A stretch of DNA of 64,000 nucleotides from an uncultured Thermoplasmatales archaeon (GCA_964581775.1 CAZOQA010000004.1:3786-67785); one strand, 5' to 3'; counted from the first letter of the stretch, positions 7,966 to 16,733 are shown. Numbers and translations: made by a program. The notes: generated by a model from the sequence alone, not told the origin.

Positions 7966-9045
7966 CTATTCTTCGCGTGTCACCTGTTCGAACTTCCACT
8001 CGTACGTGGCGCTGGCGTCGATCTCGATCGTGTTGATGCTGGCCGTCTCGTGTTCACCGTCCACGTACAGCTGCCAGGTCCATTCCCCGCCGCGGTTGGA
8101 GTGTCCGGTGACGGTGTCGACGGTCTCGAGGCGGTACCCGATGTCGCTGTACTCGCGCGCCTCGAACGAGGTGCTCGTCTGGTTGGACCAGTCCGAGATC
8201 AGATCGTGCATGATGTACGCGTCGGGGCGGCCCGCGTCCGAGTCCTCGTACCGGTACATCGTGGGCCGAGCATCCGGGTCGTACTCGACGGCGTGTTCGG
8301 TCTGTTGCGGGTCTTCGCTGCGGAACCCGTTGAAGTCGAACCGGATCGTTACCTCGAGCGTCTCGCCGCTGGCCTGGGATCCGCTGGAGCCGCCCGTGCC
8401 AGGGTCCGAGTCGCTCGAACCGTCGGAGGGGCTTGAGCCGGTGTCGCCCGATCCGCCTGAACCGGAGGCGCTCTCCTCGAGGCGGAACTCGTACTCGGTC
8501 CCCTCCTCGACCTCGACCGTGCCCATGCCGGCCGTCTCGCGCTCGCCGTCCACGTACAGGGCCCAGTAGGAGGATCCATCGGCTTGGACGCCGTCCACGG
8601 CGACGAGCTGGTGGCCAAGGTTCTCGTTGTGCTCGGTCTCGACGTCCATGCCGGTCTCGTCGCTCCAGTCGACGAGGAGATCGTGCACGGTGTAGTCGTC
8701 GGGCCGGTCCGTGCCGACGCCTTCGTACTGGTTCATCGAGGGCCGCTCTGTGGGGTCGTATTCGACCATGTCGCTGGTCTGCTGCGGGTCATCGGCCCGT
8801 TCTCCGTCGTAGTCGAACGAGAGCGTGGCCTCCTCCATGTCGTCTGCTTCCGCTTCGGCGCCCGTTTCGCCATCGTCCTGGGCGCACCCGGCCATCGCGG
8901 CCATCGCGATCACGGCGAGGAGGATCCACCACCTCGTCCCGAGCCGCGAACCGGAGGATCCGTTCCGTGCGACGCGGGATGAGGATAAGAGACCGTCTTC
9001 GGGCCCGTGCTCGTCTCGTCCACCGGTGGGGGGGGCTCGGGGCAT
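7966..9045 (-). CDS. lipoprotein with two DUF4430-like domains separated by a Ser/Gly linker
   Basis: The ATG at 9043-9045 avoids overlap with mutY. The signal plus lipobox is WWILLAVIAMAAMAGC. Two homologous halves end in SYWALYVDGERETAGMGTVEVEEGTEYEFRLEE and WTWQLYVDGEHETASINTIEIDASATYEWKFEQ, which fits the W-x-Y-x-V-N/D-G pattern of DUF4430. Confidence 0.65.
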   Translation of the reverse strand: MPRAPPTGGRDEHGPEDGLLSSSRVARNGSSGSRLGTRWWILLAVIAMAAMAGCAQDDGETGAEAEADDMEEATLSFDYDGERADDPQQTSDMVEYDPTERPSMNQYEGVGTDRPDDYTVHDLLVDWSDETGMDVETEHNENLGHQLVAVDGVQADGSSYWALYVDGERETAGMGTVEVEEGTEYEFRLEESASGSGGSGDTGSSPSDGSSDSDPGTGGSSGSQASGETLEVTIRFDFNGFRSEDPQQTEHAVEYDPDARPTMYRYEDSDAGRPDAYIMHDLISDWSNQTSTSFEAREYSDIGYRLETVDTVTGHSNRGGEWTWQLYVDGEHETASINTIEIDASATYEWKFEQVTREE

Positions 9046-9119
9046 ATGCGACGGAACCCCAGCCAGGAGGCAAAAAGGCGTGTAGAGGAGCACATGTTCG
9101 AGCGCTTGAACGCCGGAGG

Positions 9120-10259
9120 TCAGGAGAACCGGGCCAGCGTAGTCTGCGAGAGGGCGGAGAGGACCTTCTCGTCCAGCGCGGATGCGGCGGGCTCGCGGAG
9201 TGCCTCCCGCGGCCATCGGGCAAGCTCATCCCCCGTTGGCGTGTGCTCGAGGGAGGAGGCCTCGTGAACATGCACGCGCCACCGCTTGTGCGAGAACGTG
9301 TGCTCGACGCGCGCAACGGGCTCCTCCCCGAGCTGCATCGAGACCCCGTCGAGGATCCGGGAGGCTGTGTCTGCGGGGTCCTCCTCGGGGCGTCGTTCTC
9401 CCATGGGGAGCCCCCACAGGCCCCCCAGGAGCCCCTCGGTGGGCCGCTTGCGCAGGAGCACGCCGCGTTCGTTCTCATGCCAGACCGCGATCACCCGGCG
9501 AACAGGGATCGGGCCCTGGTCTTGGACGCGCGGGATCTCGTCCACGCGGTCCTGCTCGTGCGCGGTGCACCACGCGTGGATCGGGCAGGTCGGGCACAAG
9601 GGCGCCTGCGGCGTGCACACGGTGGCGCCCAGCTCGATGAACGCCTCGACGAGGCTTCCCGGGTCCTCGCCGTCGACGAGGGGCGCAAGGTGGTCCCGTG
9701 CCTGGGATTTGACCTTCCGCTGGGAAGGGTCCGCGCGGGTTCCCGTGAAGCGAGCCCAGACGCGCACCGTGTTCCCGTCTACGGCGGGCTTGGGCTCCCC
9801 GTGGGCGAACGCGAGGACGGCCGCGGCGGTGTAGGGGCCCACGCCGGGAAGCGATCGAAGCTCGTCCTCGGTGTCGGGAACGGCTCCCTCGTGCTGGTGC
9901 ACGATGCGCGTGGCGGCCTCGTGCAGGCGGCGTGCTCGGTTGTAGAAGCCCAGGCCCTGCCACGCCTCAAGGACGTCCTCCTCGTCGGCTTCGGAGAGGG
10001 CCTTCACCGTGGGCCATCGGTCCATCCAGTCCAGGAAGTAGGGGATCACGGTCTCGACGCGCGTCTGTTGCAGCATGACCTCGCTGACGAGCACCGCGTA
10101 CGCATCGTCCCGGTAGGGCGGCTTGCGCCAGGGGAGCTCGCGCTTTTGTTCAGCGAACCAGGCTCGGAGCTCCTCCTGGAAGCGTTCGATCTCGTCGGGG
10201 GCGGTGGGCAACGGCACGCCGACGGGTGAAGGGGACAGGGGTCGAGAAGGTTTGCCCAT
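9120..10259 (-). CDS. mutY: A/G-specific adenine DNA glycosylase (MutY family, HhH-GPD plus 4Fe-4S cluster loop plus NUDIX-like C-terminal domain)
   Basis: Diagnostic segments are LPWRKPPYRDDAYAVLVSEVMLQQTRVETV, GLGFYNRARRLH, LPGVGPYTAAAVLAFAHGEP and the cysteine cluster CTPQAPLCPTCPIHAWC. The ATG is at 10257-10259. The upstream 206 codons of the track ORF are R/G-rich shadow sequence. Confidence 0.9.
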   Translation of the reverse strand: MGKPSRPLSPSPVGVPLPTAPDEIERFQEELRAWFAEQKRELPWRKPPYRDDAYAVLVSEVMLQQTRVETVIPYFLDWMDRWPTVKALSEADEEDVLEAWQGLGFYNRARRLHEAATRIVHQHEGAVPDTEDELRSLPGVGPYTAAAVLAFAHGEPKPAVDGNTVRVWARFTGTRADPSQRKVKSQARDHLAPLVDGEDPGSLVEAFIELGATVCTPQAPLCPTCPIHAWCTAHEQDRVDEIPRVQDQGPIPVRRVIAVWHENERGVLLRKRPTEGLLGGLWGLPMGERRPEEDPADTASRILDGVSMQLGEEPVARVEHTFSHKRWRVHVHEASSLEHTPTGDELARWPREALREPAASALDEKVLSALSQTTLARFS

Positions 10260-10282
10260 GCGGGGCCGTGGAGGGTCGAACC

Positions 10283-10289
10283 TTAATAT
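10283..10289. promoter_or_regulatory. TATA-like box in a divergent intergenic region
   Basis: ttaatat is the only AT-rich block between mutY (start 10259, minus) and the 10347 gene. It lies 24-30 nt from the mutY ATG, which suggests a leaderless transcript. Confidence 0.4.
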
Positions 10290-10346
10290 GCTACGAGGCC
10301 GATACGGGGTCGTCAGGCTTGGAGGTCTGACGGGAGAGAGAAAACC

Positions 10347-10718
10347 ATGGACAAGATCGCGTTCCTCGTGAGTGTGAGTCTGATCACGTTCGGGTTCGGA
10401 GCGACCACGGTCGCCGCCGCCCCCGGTAGCTACGAATGCACGGTAAACGTCGGCACCGGTGTCCCCGGCGTCGGCACGGTCGGACTGTCGGCCGAGGGCA
10501 ACAACCTCGGGAGTTGTACGCTCGTCGACGCGACCGAGCAGAGCACCGTGGACAGCGTCCAACCGGCGGACAGTTGCAGCATCCAGGCGGACGTCGACGG
10601 CGACGGCCTGGCCGACCAGACGCTCGAAGAGGGTCAAGATGTCGGCGATGGCTGGACCGTCTCCGCCTTCTGCGACGTCGGAGCCGTCGACGCCGTGAAC
10701 ACGCTCGTGCTCGCGTAA
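10347..10718 (+). CDS. small secreted Cys-containing acidic protein, unknown function
   Basis: The signal peptide is MDKIAFLVSVSLITFGFGATTVAAAP. The product has four Cys residues and a DVDGDGLAD Ca-loop-like motif. GC3 is high in this frame. Confidence 0.55.
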   Translation: MDKIAFLVSVSLITFGFGATTVAAAPGSYECTVNVGTGVPGVGTVGLSAEGNNLGSCTLVDATEQSTVDSVQPADSCSIQADVDGDGLADQTLEEGQDVGDGWTVSAFCDVGAVDAVNTLVLA

Positions 10719-10731
10719 ACGCAAGCAGCGA

Positions 10732-10765
10732 CCCCCACGGGGGGATTCCCCCGTCTTCTTTTCTC
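10732..10765 (+). terminator. G/C hairpin followed by a T-rich tract
   Basis: The sequence is cccccacggggggattcccccgtcttcttttc. A GGGGG/CCCCC stem is followed by a ttcttttc run. It lies between convergent genes ending at 10718 and 10795. Confidence 0.35.
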
Positions 10766-10794
10766 CCATATTCTCGGATCGGTGAGCGTCGCCG

Positions 10795-11238
10795 TTAGAC
10801 CGTGACCAGGTCCACATCCGCGAAACCGGGGGCCGCCTCAAGGGAGCTTGTGGCCCCGTCGAGCACGTCCAAGGCATCCCGCCCAGCGTACACCGTCTCC
10901 ACCTCGCGGGCGCGGAGCGCGCTGGCGGCGGCCTCTTGGAGATCTCCCTCTAGGATGCGGGCCTGGATCCGGTCGCGCGGGTCGGGCGGGTCCTGCCCGA
11001 ACACGTCCGCAAGAGGCTTTTGGGTCCTCTGCGCGATGCGAGCGGCTCGCTTGAGCGCTCGGTCGCGAAGCAGCGTGGCGACCTCCAGGTAGCCCTCCTG
11101 GACCGCCTCTGCGGCGTGCGAGCCAAGAAGCTTCGGGTCCGCGGGGACCAGCAGCAAAAGCGAGTCGTCGTGGCCCCTGAGCGCTTCCTCGAGCGCGCTC
11201 GGGCACGAGCGGGTGCCTAGGTAGAGCACGCCCCGCAT
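10795..11238 (-). CDS. hypothetical protein, co-transcribed with the MBL-fold hydrolase
   Basis: Its ATG (11236-11238) directly abuts the upstream TGA (11239-11241). I recognised no family. Confidence 0.45.
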   Translation of the reverse strand: MRGVLYLGTRSCPSALEEALRGHDDSLLLLVPADPKLLGSHAAEAVQEGYLEVATLLRDRALKRAARIAQRTQKPLADVFGQDPPDPRDRIQARILEGDLQEAAASALRAREVETVYAGRDALDVLDGATSSLEAAPGFADVDLVTV

Positions 11239-12099
11239 TCAGGGTCCCCCCTCGGTTCGTGGCAGCTGCGTGGCCTGGTGTGGAGGGTCCTCGTGGCCGG
11301 GTTCGGGAGGGGGTCTGCGCAAGAGCTCGCGCACGAGGTTGGTCTTGCTGAACTCGCCCCGGGAGGCATAGAAGAGGGGCCCTTCGAGGCCTAGCAGCCG
11401 TCGTCGGATGCTGGGCAGGTCCCATCCGTCTTGGGCGAGCGCGTGGGCGCGAAGGGACAGATCGTCCAGGTGCTTGATCGCGCTCGAGAGGGCTTGGCTT
11501 GCATCGTCCCGGGCGGGGCCGTGGCCGGGGAAAAGCTGCTTGGCGTCCACGTGGAGGAGGGTCTCGAGGGAGGCGCGGACCTGGTCGATACGCTCGTGGA
11601 AGCGCACCTGGGAGCGCTTGCCCAGGTACGCGTCGCCGGTGAACAGCCAGTCCCGGTCGGTCTCGTGGAGGCTCACGTGGTGGGGCGTGTGGCCGGGCGT
11701 GGGGATCACGCGGAAGGTCCCGTCCGGCGTGGTCACCTCGTCGTGGATGGGCTGTGCGTGCACGGGGTCGGGGGTGCCCCAGGCCCAGCGGCGGTACGGG
11801 GGGAGCCCGGGCGGGTCGGCCAGCCGGGGCAGGCATGGTTGGGGGGCGAGCACGGTGGCGCCTTGGTGGGCCAGTCGGGAGGCGGCTCCGATGTGGTCTT
11901 CGTGGGCGTGGGTGATGAGCACGTGCGTGATATCGGTCTCGTCGAGGCGGTCGAGGAGCGCGTCCGCGGTCCGGGGGGGTCCCGCTTCGACGAGGGTGGA
12001 CCCGATGCGGTAGGCGTGGGCGTGCACGAGCGTGGTGCCGAGGATCGAGCGGCTGGAGGTGTACCGCTCGGGCCCGTGCTGGGTGGACGCGGACAGCAT
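11239..12099 (-). CDS. metallo-beta-lactamase fold hydrolase
   Basis: The HxHxDH motif is present (ITHVLITHAHEDHIG), followed by TPGHTPHHVS and FTGDAYLG. The ATG is at 12097-12099. Confidence 0.8.
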   Translation of the reverse strand: MLSASTQHGPERYTSSRSILGTTLVHAHAYRIGSTLVEAGPPRTADALLDRLDETDITHVLITHAHEDHIGAASRLAHQGATVLAPQPCLPRLADPPGLPPYRRWAWGTPDPVHAQPIHDEVTTPDGTFRVIPTPGHTPHHVSLHETDRDWLFTGDAYLGKRSQVRFHERIDQVRASLETLLHVDAKQLFPGHGPARDDASQALSSAIKHLDDLSLRAHALAQDGWDLPSIRRRLLGLEGPLFYASRGEFSKTNLVRELLRRPPPEPGHEDPPHQATQLPRTEGGP

Positions 12100-12260
12100 G
12101 CGCCCGGTGCAGGGGCGGGTGGAGGGTAGTGGTTTTCTGCGTCGCGTTCCCAGCTGAGGGGTCGAAACGGTCCAACAAGCCGCGCGGCTCGGGGGAGGGC
12201 TTGGGGGCCTCGTGGGCACGCGCGGGAAGGCTTTTTGGCCGGTGGCCGGGTGTGGGGGCG

Positions 12261-12893
12261 ATGGCCTCGGACCTGGTCTTCGAGCAGCTCAAGCTGGGAC
12301 CTATGGAGAACTTCCAGTACGTGTTCGGGAGCAGATCCCGGGGGCAAAGCGCCATCGTGGATCCAGGGTTCGAGCCTCGGCGCATGCTGGAGGCCGCCCA
12401 GAAGGGGGATCTGACGGTGTCCCACATCGTGCTCACGCACGCGCACCGGGACCACATCGCGGCCTTGTCGAAGGTGCGAAGCCAGGTGGATGCCAAGCTC
12501 GTGGCGCACCCTGGAAGCCAGCTGGACCCGGACATCCCGGCCGAGAACGAGGCCGAGCTCGAGATCGCGGGCGTAGACGTGAAGGCGTACCACACGCCGG
12601 GGCACGCCCCCGATCATGTCGCGTACGAGCTCGAGGGCGAGATCCTGCTGACGGGGGATGCCTTGTTCGTGGGGGACTGCGGGCGCGTGGACTTGCCCGG
12701 GTCCGACGTGGACGCGATGTGGGAGACGCTGATGGACGTGATCCCGTCCTTGGACCCGTCCCTGGAGGTGTACCCGGGGCACGATTACGGCCCCGAGCCG
12801 CATCGGTCGCTTGCGACGGAGCTGGAGGAGAACTTCACGCTCGAGAAGCGCGAGCTGGACGCGTTCCGATCCTTCATGGGCGTGGACGACTAG
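12261..12893 (+). CDS. metallo-beta-lactamase fold hydrolase (glyoxalase II-like)
   Basis: Motifs are VSHIVLTHAHRDHIAA, AYHTPGHAPDHVAY, LLTGDALFVGDCGRVD and VYPGHDY. The ATG is at 12261. Confidence 0.85.
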   Translation: MASDLVFEQLKLGPMENFQYVFGSRSRGQSAIVDPGFEPRRMLEAAQKGDLTVSHIVLTHAHRDHIAALSKVRSQVDAKLVAHPGSQLDPDIPAENEAELEIAGVDVKAYHTPGHAPDHVAYELEGEILLTGDALFVGDCGRVDLPGSDVDAMWETLMDVIPSLDPSLEVYPGHDYGPEPHRSLATELEENFTLEKRELDAFRSFMGVDD

Positions 12894-12936
12894 CGCTGCC
12901 CCCCAGGGGCGCATCGTCCCAGACCTGCGGTGGAGC

Positions 12937-14844
12937 CTAGGAGGCGACCGCGGGGTGGGCGTGCGCGTGGGAGTGGCTGTGTCCTGCGTGCGTGCTCAGG
13001 CCGGCTTGCTGGTTCGAGGCTTGGGCTCCGAGGGCCTCTTGCACGTCCTCGGGCCCGACCGCGGTGGGATCCGCGGGGTCGACGGCGATCACCATGCCCG
13101 TCATGCCCAGTTGCTGGTGCGGGATGCAGTAGTAGGGGTACACGCCGGCTTCGGTGAAGGCGTGCGTGACGGTTCCTCCGGACGGGAGGGCCTCGCTGAA
13201 CGTGTTCTCGTCCTCCTCGTCCGCGTTGGGCTGGCATGCCTCGTTGTCCCCTGGCGTGCAAAGCTGGTCGCTCGTGGTCACGGTGTGAAGCAGCGCGCCG
13301 CCGTTCCATTCGACGGGCACGCCCGTCGGGACGATCGTGATCTGCGGCAGGAAGGTGGCGCCGGCTGTTTGCACGGGCGCGTTGACGGTGCTAAGCGGCG
13401 TCTCCGTCCCGCTGGCCATGGTCGGGGCCACGCGCAGGAGCTTCTCGGCGTCCGCGATGTACATGGCTCCGTCGGGCCCGAACTCGACGTCCGTGGGCAG
13501 GGCCAGGCCCTCGATGAACTCGCGCACGTCCGTGGCCTCCCCGTCCTCGTCGAGCGCGACGCGTGTGACCTGGTGCGCGGTGTTGTGCGTGCTCGGGTGC
13601 TCAAGGTTCTTCTCCAGCCAGCTGTCGGCCGAGAAGACCGCGCACTCGCCCACGAACGCGCTCGAGCGCATCTCGTCGGGGAACGTGAAGTCCGGGTACC
13701 CGGGCTCAGCGAGGGTCGGGATGTCCAGGCCCGTGGCGCACACGTGCCATCCCAACAGGGCTTGAGCGGGGGGGCTCCTGTCGCAGTTGAAGTCCTCGTG
13801 CGGGGAGCCTTCCCAGGCTTCCTTGACGATGCCGTCCGTGGCGCCGGGGTCGCCCTGGCTCGCACAGAAGGGATACCCGTGGTGGGTGTCCTCTTGGACC
13901 TTGTAGAAGGTGTCCTGGCTGGCGGGCGTATCGCCCCCGTTGGTGCCGGTGTACATCTCCCCGGCGAAGGGCAGATGATCCGGGGCCCATGTGACGCCGT
14001 AGATGTTGCGGAAGCCGAAGGCGAACACGTCGACCTTCTCCGCGAAGTCCTGGTTGCGGTCGTGGTCGACGATGTCGTCGTCCGGGATGGGGTTCCCGTC
14101 CTCGTCCTCCCAATGCAAAACGGCGGGGTCGCCGCGGACCTCGTCCACGTCGACGCTGAGGAACGCGCCCGAGTAGGGGAAGATGTCCGTGTGCCCGGTG
14201 CCGGTCCCGTTCCCGCTGTCGTTGGGGTTCCCCACGGGGAGGTAGAGCCGGTCGTCGGGACCGAACTCGATCTGGTTGATGTGATGTTGCCCGGCGGGGA
14301 CGCCGTCGACGATGGCCTCGCGGTCGCCGGTGTCGGGGTCCACCGCGTACACGATGCCCACGGGCCGGTCGGCGGTCTCGTGCGTGTAGCTGTCGCTCAC
14401 GTAGAGCGTACCGTCCTCGCCGAACGTGAGGCCCAGGGGTTGCGTGAAGCCCTCCGCGAGGGTCTCTTGCCCCACGACGACGGGCCCCACGGGGCTCCAG
14501 AGGAGGTCCAGGTGGTTCACGTTCCCGGCCAGGTCCGTGTAGTAGAGGTCCTGGGTGGTCTCCTCGGTGCCCGGGACGGCCTCCAGGGGGCTTTCCCCGT
14601 CGTGGAACGTGACCGCGGTCGGGACCGTCGCGGGGGCGAGGTGTTGGACCAGGAACCCTTCCGCGACCTCGGGGACCGCCTGCGAGTTGTGCGACGCGGG
14701 CGTGTGCAGCATCTCGGTGGCGGGGTCGTCGAGCGCGTGGCTTTGCCCGGTGCCCGGCATGGCCAGGGTGAACGTGACGGTGAACAGGGCAAGCCCGACG
14801 ATCACGGGCGCTATCGTGGATTGGAAGGGGGCACCTCTCGCCAT
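12937..14844 (-). CDS. secreted PQQ-dependent (soluble glucose/sorbosone dehydrogenase-like) beta-propeller fused to a C-terminal type-1 copper (cupredoxin) domain with a His-rich tail
   Basis: ATG at 14842-14844 gives MARGAPFQSTIAPVIVGLALFTVTFTLAMPG. Propeller motifs are PLGLTFGEDGTLYVSD, IEFGPDDRLYLPVGNPND and FAFGFRNIYGVTW. Cupredoxin ligands are LLHTV...YYCIPHQQLGMTGM. The tail is HAGHSHSHAHAHP. Confidence 0.75.
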   Translation of the reverse strand: MARGAPFQSTIAPVIVGLALFTVTFTLAMPGTGQSHALDDPATEMLHTPASHNSQAVPEVAEGFLVQHLAPATVPTAVTFHDGESPLEAVPGTEETTQDLYYTDLAGNVNHLDLLWSPVGPVVVGQETLAEGFTQPLGLTFGEDGTLYVSDSYTHETADRPVGIVYAVDPDTGDREAIVDGVPAGQHHINQIEFGPDDRLYLPVGNPNDSGNGTGTGHTDIFPYSGAFLSVDVDEVRGDPAVLHWEDEDGNPIPDDDIVDHDRNQDFAEKVDVFAFGFRNIYGVTWAPDHLPFAGEMYTGTNGGDTPASQDTFYKVQEDTHHGYPFCASQGDPGATDGIVKEAWEGSPHEDFNCDRSPPAQALLGWHVCATGLDIPTLAEPGYPDFTFPDEMRSSAFVGECAVFSADSWLEKNLEHPSTHNTAHQVTRVALDEDGEATDVREFIEGLALPTDVEFGPDGAMYIADAEKLLRVAPTMASGTETPLSTVNAPVQTAGATFLPQITIVPTGVPVEWNGGALLHTVTTSDQLCTPGDNEACQPNADEEDENTFSEALPSGGTVTHAFTEAGVYPYYCIPHQQLGMTGMVIAVDPADPTAVGPEDVQEALGAQASNQQAGLSTHAGHSHSHAHAHPAVAS

Positions 14845-14927
14845 TCTCAAGCCTCCAGAACGACAACTCGTACCATGATGATAAGTGTTGTCTAGAACGT
14901 TGGCAGGACACCAACTTTCGACCGGTC

Positions 14928-15428
14928 CTAAAAGGGCCCTCGCGGCGCCTGCTGCTCCGGGTCCTCCTCCTCGTCGCCCCGCACGAACTCGTACCGAAGG
15001 GGCACCTCGTGCCGGGCCCCCGCCGAGTACGGGCACCGAGGGCACTCCACCCCGACCACCGTCTGGCCCCCCTCCAGCGTCCGGTTCCTCACCGCATCGA
15101 GCGAGGCCCCGCACACCGGGCACGCCTCCCGCGGCGCCTCGCCCGTGGTCCCCGTGCGCACCCGCACCCGCGCTAAGCCCTCCTCCACCGCCAACCGCCG
15201 AACGCGCGCATCGCTCACCCGGAACGCGTCGTCCTCCTCCTGCAACACGCTCCGCACCAACGAGCCCAGCGCCGACTGGCTCTCCACGAACGGGTGACGC
15301 ACCAACGTCTCCCGGATCGCCTCCACCACGCGCTCGTCGCTTGGAACCCGATAGCCCACACCCCCCCCAAACAAGCCCCGCGTTAAGGCTCCCACGGAAC
15401 CCGCCCCTTCGCGACCCGGTCCCCTCAT
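14928..15428 (-). CDS. hypothetical protein with C-terminal Zn-ribbon (CPVCG...CPRCPY)
   Basis: The internal ATG at 15428 was chosen to avoid overlap with the divergent 15454 gene. There are two CxxC pairs 26 residues apart, and the C-terminus is acidic. Confidence 0.45.
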   Translation of the reverse strand: MRGPGREGAGSVGALTRGLFGGGVGYRVPSDERVVEAIRETLVRHPFVESQSALGSLVRSVLQEEDDAFRVSDARVRRLAVEEGLARVRVRTGTTGEAPREACPVCGASLDAVRNRTLEGGQTVVGVECPRCPYSAGARHEVPLRYEFVRGDEEEDPEQQAPRGPF

Positions 15429-15453
15429 AAACCCGACCCGGCATGCCGGCCCC

Positions 15454-15978
15454 GTGTCGTCGTTCATCGTGCACCTGCTGATCCCGCTTCTCCTGCTCCT
15501 GGCCCTGCGCCTGGCGCCCCCGAAAGCGGCGATCCTCATGCTCCCCCTGGCCCTCGTGCACGACCTCGACTACTGGATCGGCGCACACCGAGCCCTCCTG
15601 CACAACGCGTTCGTGGTCGTGCCCGCGCTTGCCCTCTGGTGGCACTGGCGCCACGACGAACCGGCCCGCGCCACGTACGCCGGCGTCGCAGCGTACTACC
15701 TGGCCTCGCACCTGCTCATGGACCTCTTCGTCGGCGGCATCGTGCTCCTGTACCCCCTTCTCAACGTGACCCTGCGCATGAACTGCCGCGTCCTCGTGCG
15801 CACCGAGACCAACGAACTGATCCCCATGTGCAACCCCGAGACGCAAGCCGGGCCCCCCACGGTCGCAGAGATCTACACCTGGATCAGCCCGTTCGAGGTG
15901 TCCATGGTCGCGTGGACGCTCGCCGTGGCCCTCGCCGTGCTCGGCGCGCGATGGTGGAGAGGCCGCAAGGAACCCTAA
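15454..15978 (+). CDS. integral membrane protein, possibly YdjM/DUF457-like membrane-bound hydrolase
   Basis: There are four to five hydrophobic helices. His/Asp residues sit at the helix ends (VHLLIP, LVHDLDYW, ASHLLMD). The family assignment is tentative. Confidence 0.5.
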   Translation: MSSFIVHLLIPLLLLLALRLAPPKAAILMLPLALVHDLDYWIGAHRALLHNAFVVVPALALWWHWRHDEPARATYAGVAAYYLASHLLMDLFVGGIVLLYPLLNVTLRMNCRVLVRTETNELIPMCNPETQAGPPTVAEIYTWISPFEVSMVAWTLAVALAVLGARWWRGRKEP

Positions 15979-16536
15979 CTAGACCGTGATCTCCTGCGGA
16001 GCCGCAAGCCCATCCTCGAAGACCTCGTAGTACTGCTGGAGGAAATGATGCAACGGTCGCCCCTTCTCCCAGCGCAGCACGAACCGCTCCGAATCCGTGC
16101 GCGGAAGCGCCGGCGTCCGTCGCGCCAACAGCCGCCCGCGACCTTCCAGATCCTCGTTCGGCACCGTGAACAAGCGCCAGGGATCCTTCTTGCGGTGCCC
16201 CTTCAACCGGAACGCGTACACCGCGAACACGCCCGCCTGGCGAGCCTCCTGCTGGATCTCCTCGGCCTGCTCCTGCAACGCGCCCGAGGACTCCGAGAAA
16301 TGCACCGTGTCCCGCCCGGCCGCCTTCACCTCGATGAGGAACGCGAACCCGTTGCGCATCGCGACCAGATCCCCCTTCCCGAGGGACCCGGCCGCTCGAA
16401 CGACCAGGAACGGTTCCCGGCCGGTCTGGCGGTACGCGTGCACGATCTCGTCGCTGCCCGTCCGGGTCATCTTCTCGAGGACGCCGGGGTCTCCGCTGAG
16501 GATGCCCCGGAGCTCTCGTTCGTAAGCGTGTCCCAT
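15979..16536 (-). CDS. hjc: archaeal Holliday junction resolvase (Hjc-type nuclease fold) with a C-terminal extension
   Basis: The pattern YERELRGIL...FLVVRAAGSLGKGDLVAMRNGFAFLIEVKAAG matches the E...D...E-x-K arrangement of Hjc. About 60 extra C-terminal residues are present. Confidence 0.65.
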   Translation of the reverse strand: MGHAYERELRGILSGDPGVLEKMTRTGSDEIVHAYRQTGREPFLVVRAAGSLGKGDLVAMRNGFAFLIEVKAAGRDTVHFSESSGALQEQAEEIQQEARQAGVFAVYAFRLKGHRKKDPWRLFTVPNEDLEGRGRLLARRTPALPRTDSERFVLRWEKGRPLHHFLQQYYEVFEDGLAAPQEITV

Positions 16537-16733
16537 CCCGCCCCCCGCACACGCCCCCGGGTCTTTGGGTGTATCGGTTCACGAGCGCGATCTCCGGCGC
16601 GCCACCTGGGCCCCACCCCCGAAGGCCCGCCTCCGGCCCCGACTCGGAATCGACAAACGCTTAAACCCGGGGCCCGCTGAGCGGGTTGGATGCACTTCCC
16701 CCGACCGTCGGGGCGCGTACTAGGAGGGACGAC

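Noticed and set aside
10262-10340. Possible tRNA-like element (gagggtcgaacc resembles a T-arm)
   Set aside because: I could not fold an acceptor stem, anticodon arm or full cloverleaf from the flanking sequence. The region is better explained as a divergent promoter.
9120-10877. 585-aa version of MutY, and the 585-aa ORF at 10838..12595
   Set aside because: Homology to MutY begins just after the ATG at 10259, and the extension would overlap the 10347 gene region. The 10838..12595 ORF is an R/P-rich frame overlapping two MBL-operon genes.
12937-15846. Track ORF of 969 aa treated as one gene
   Set aside because: Only the part from the ATG at 14844 has a signal peptide and recognisable domains. 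The upstream 334 codons are R/G/A-rich and overlap two better-supported genes (14928..15428 minus, 15454..15978 plus).
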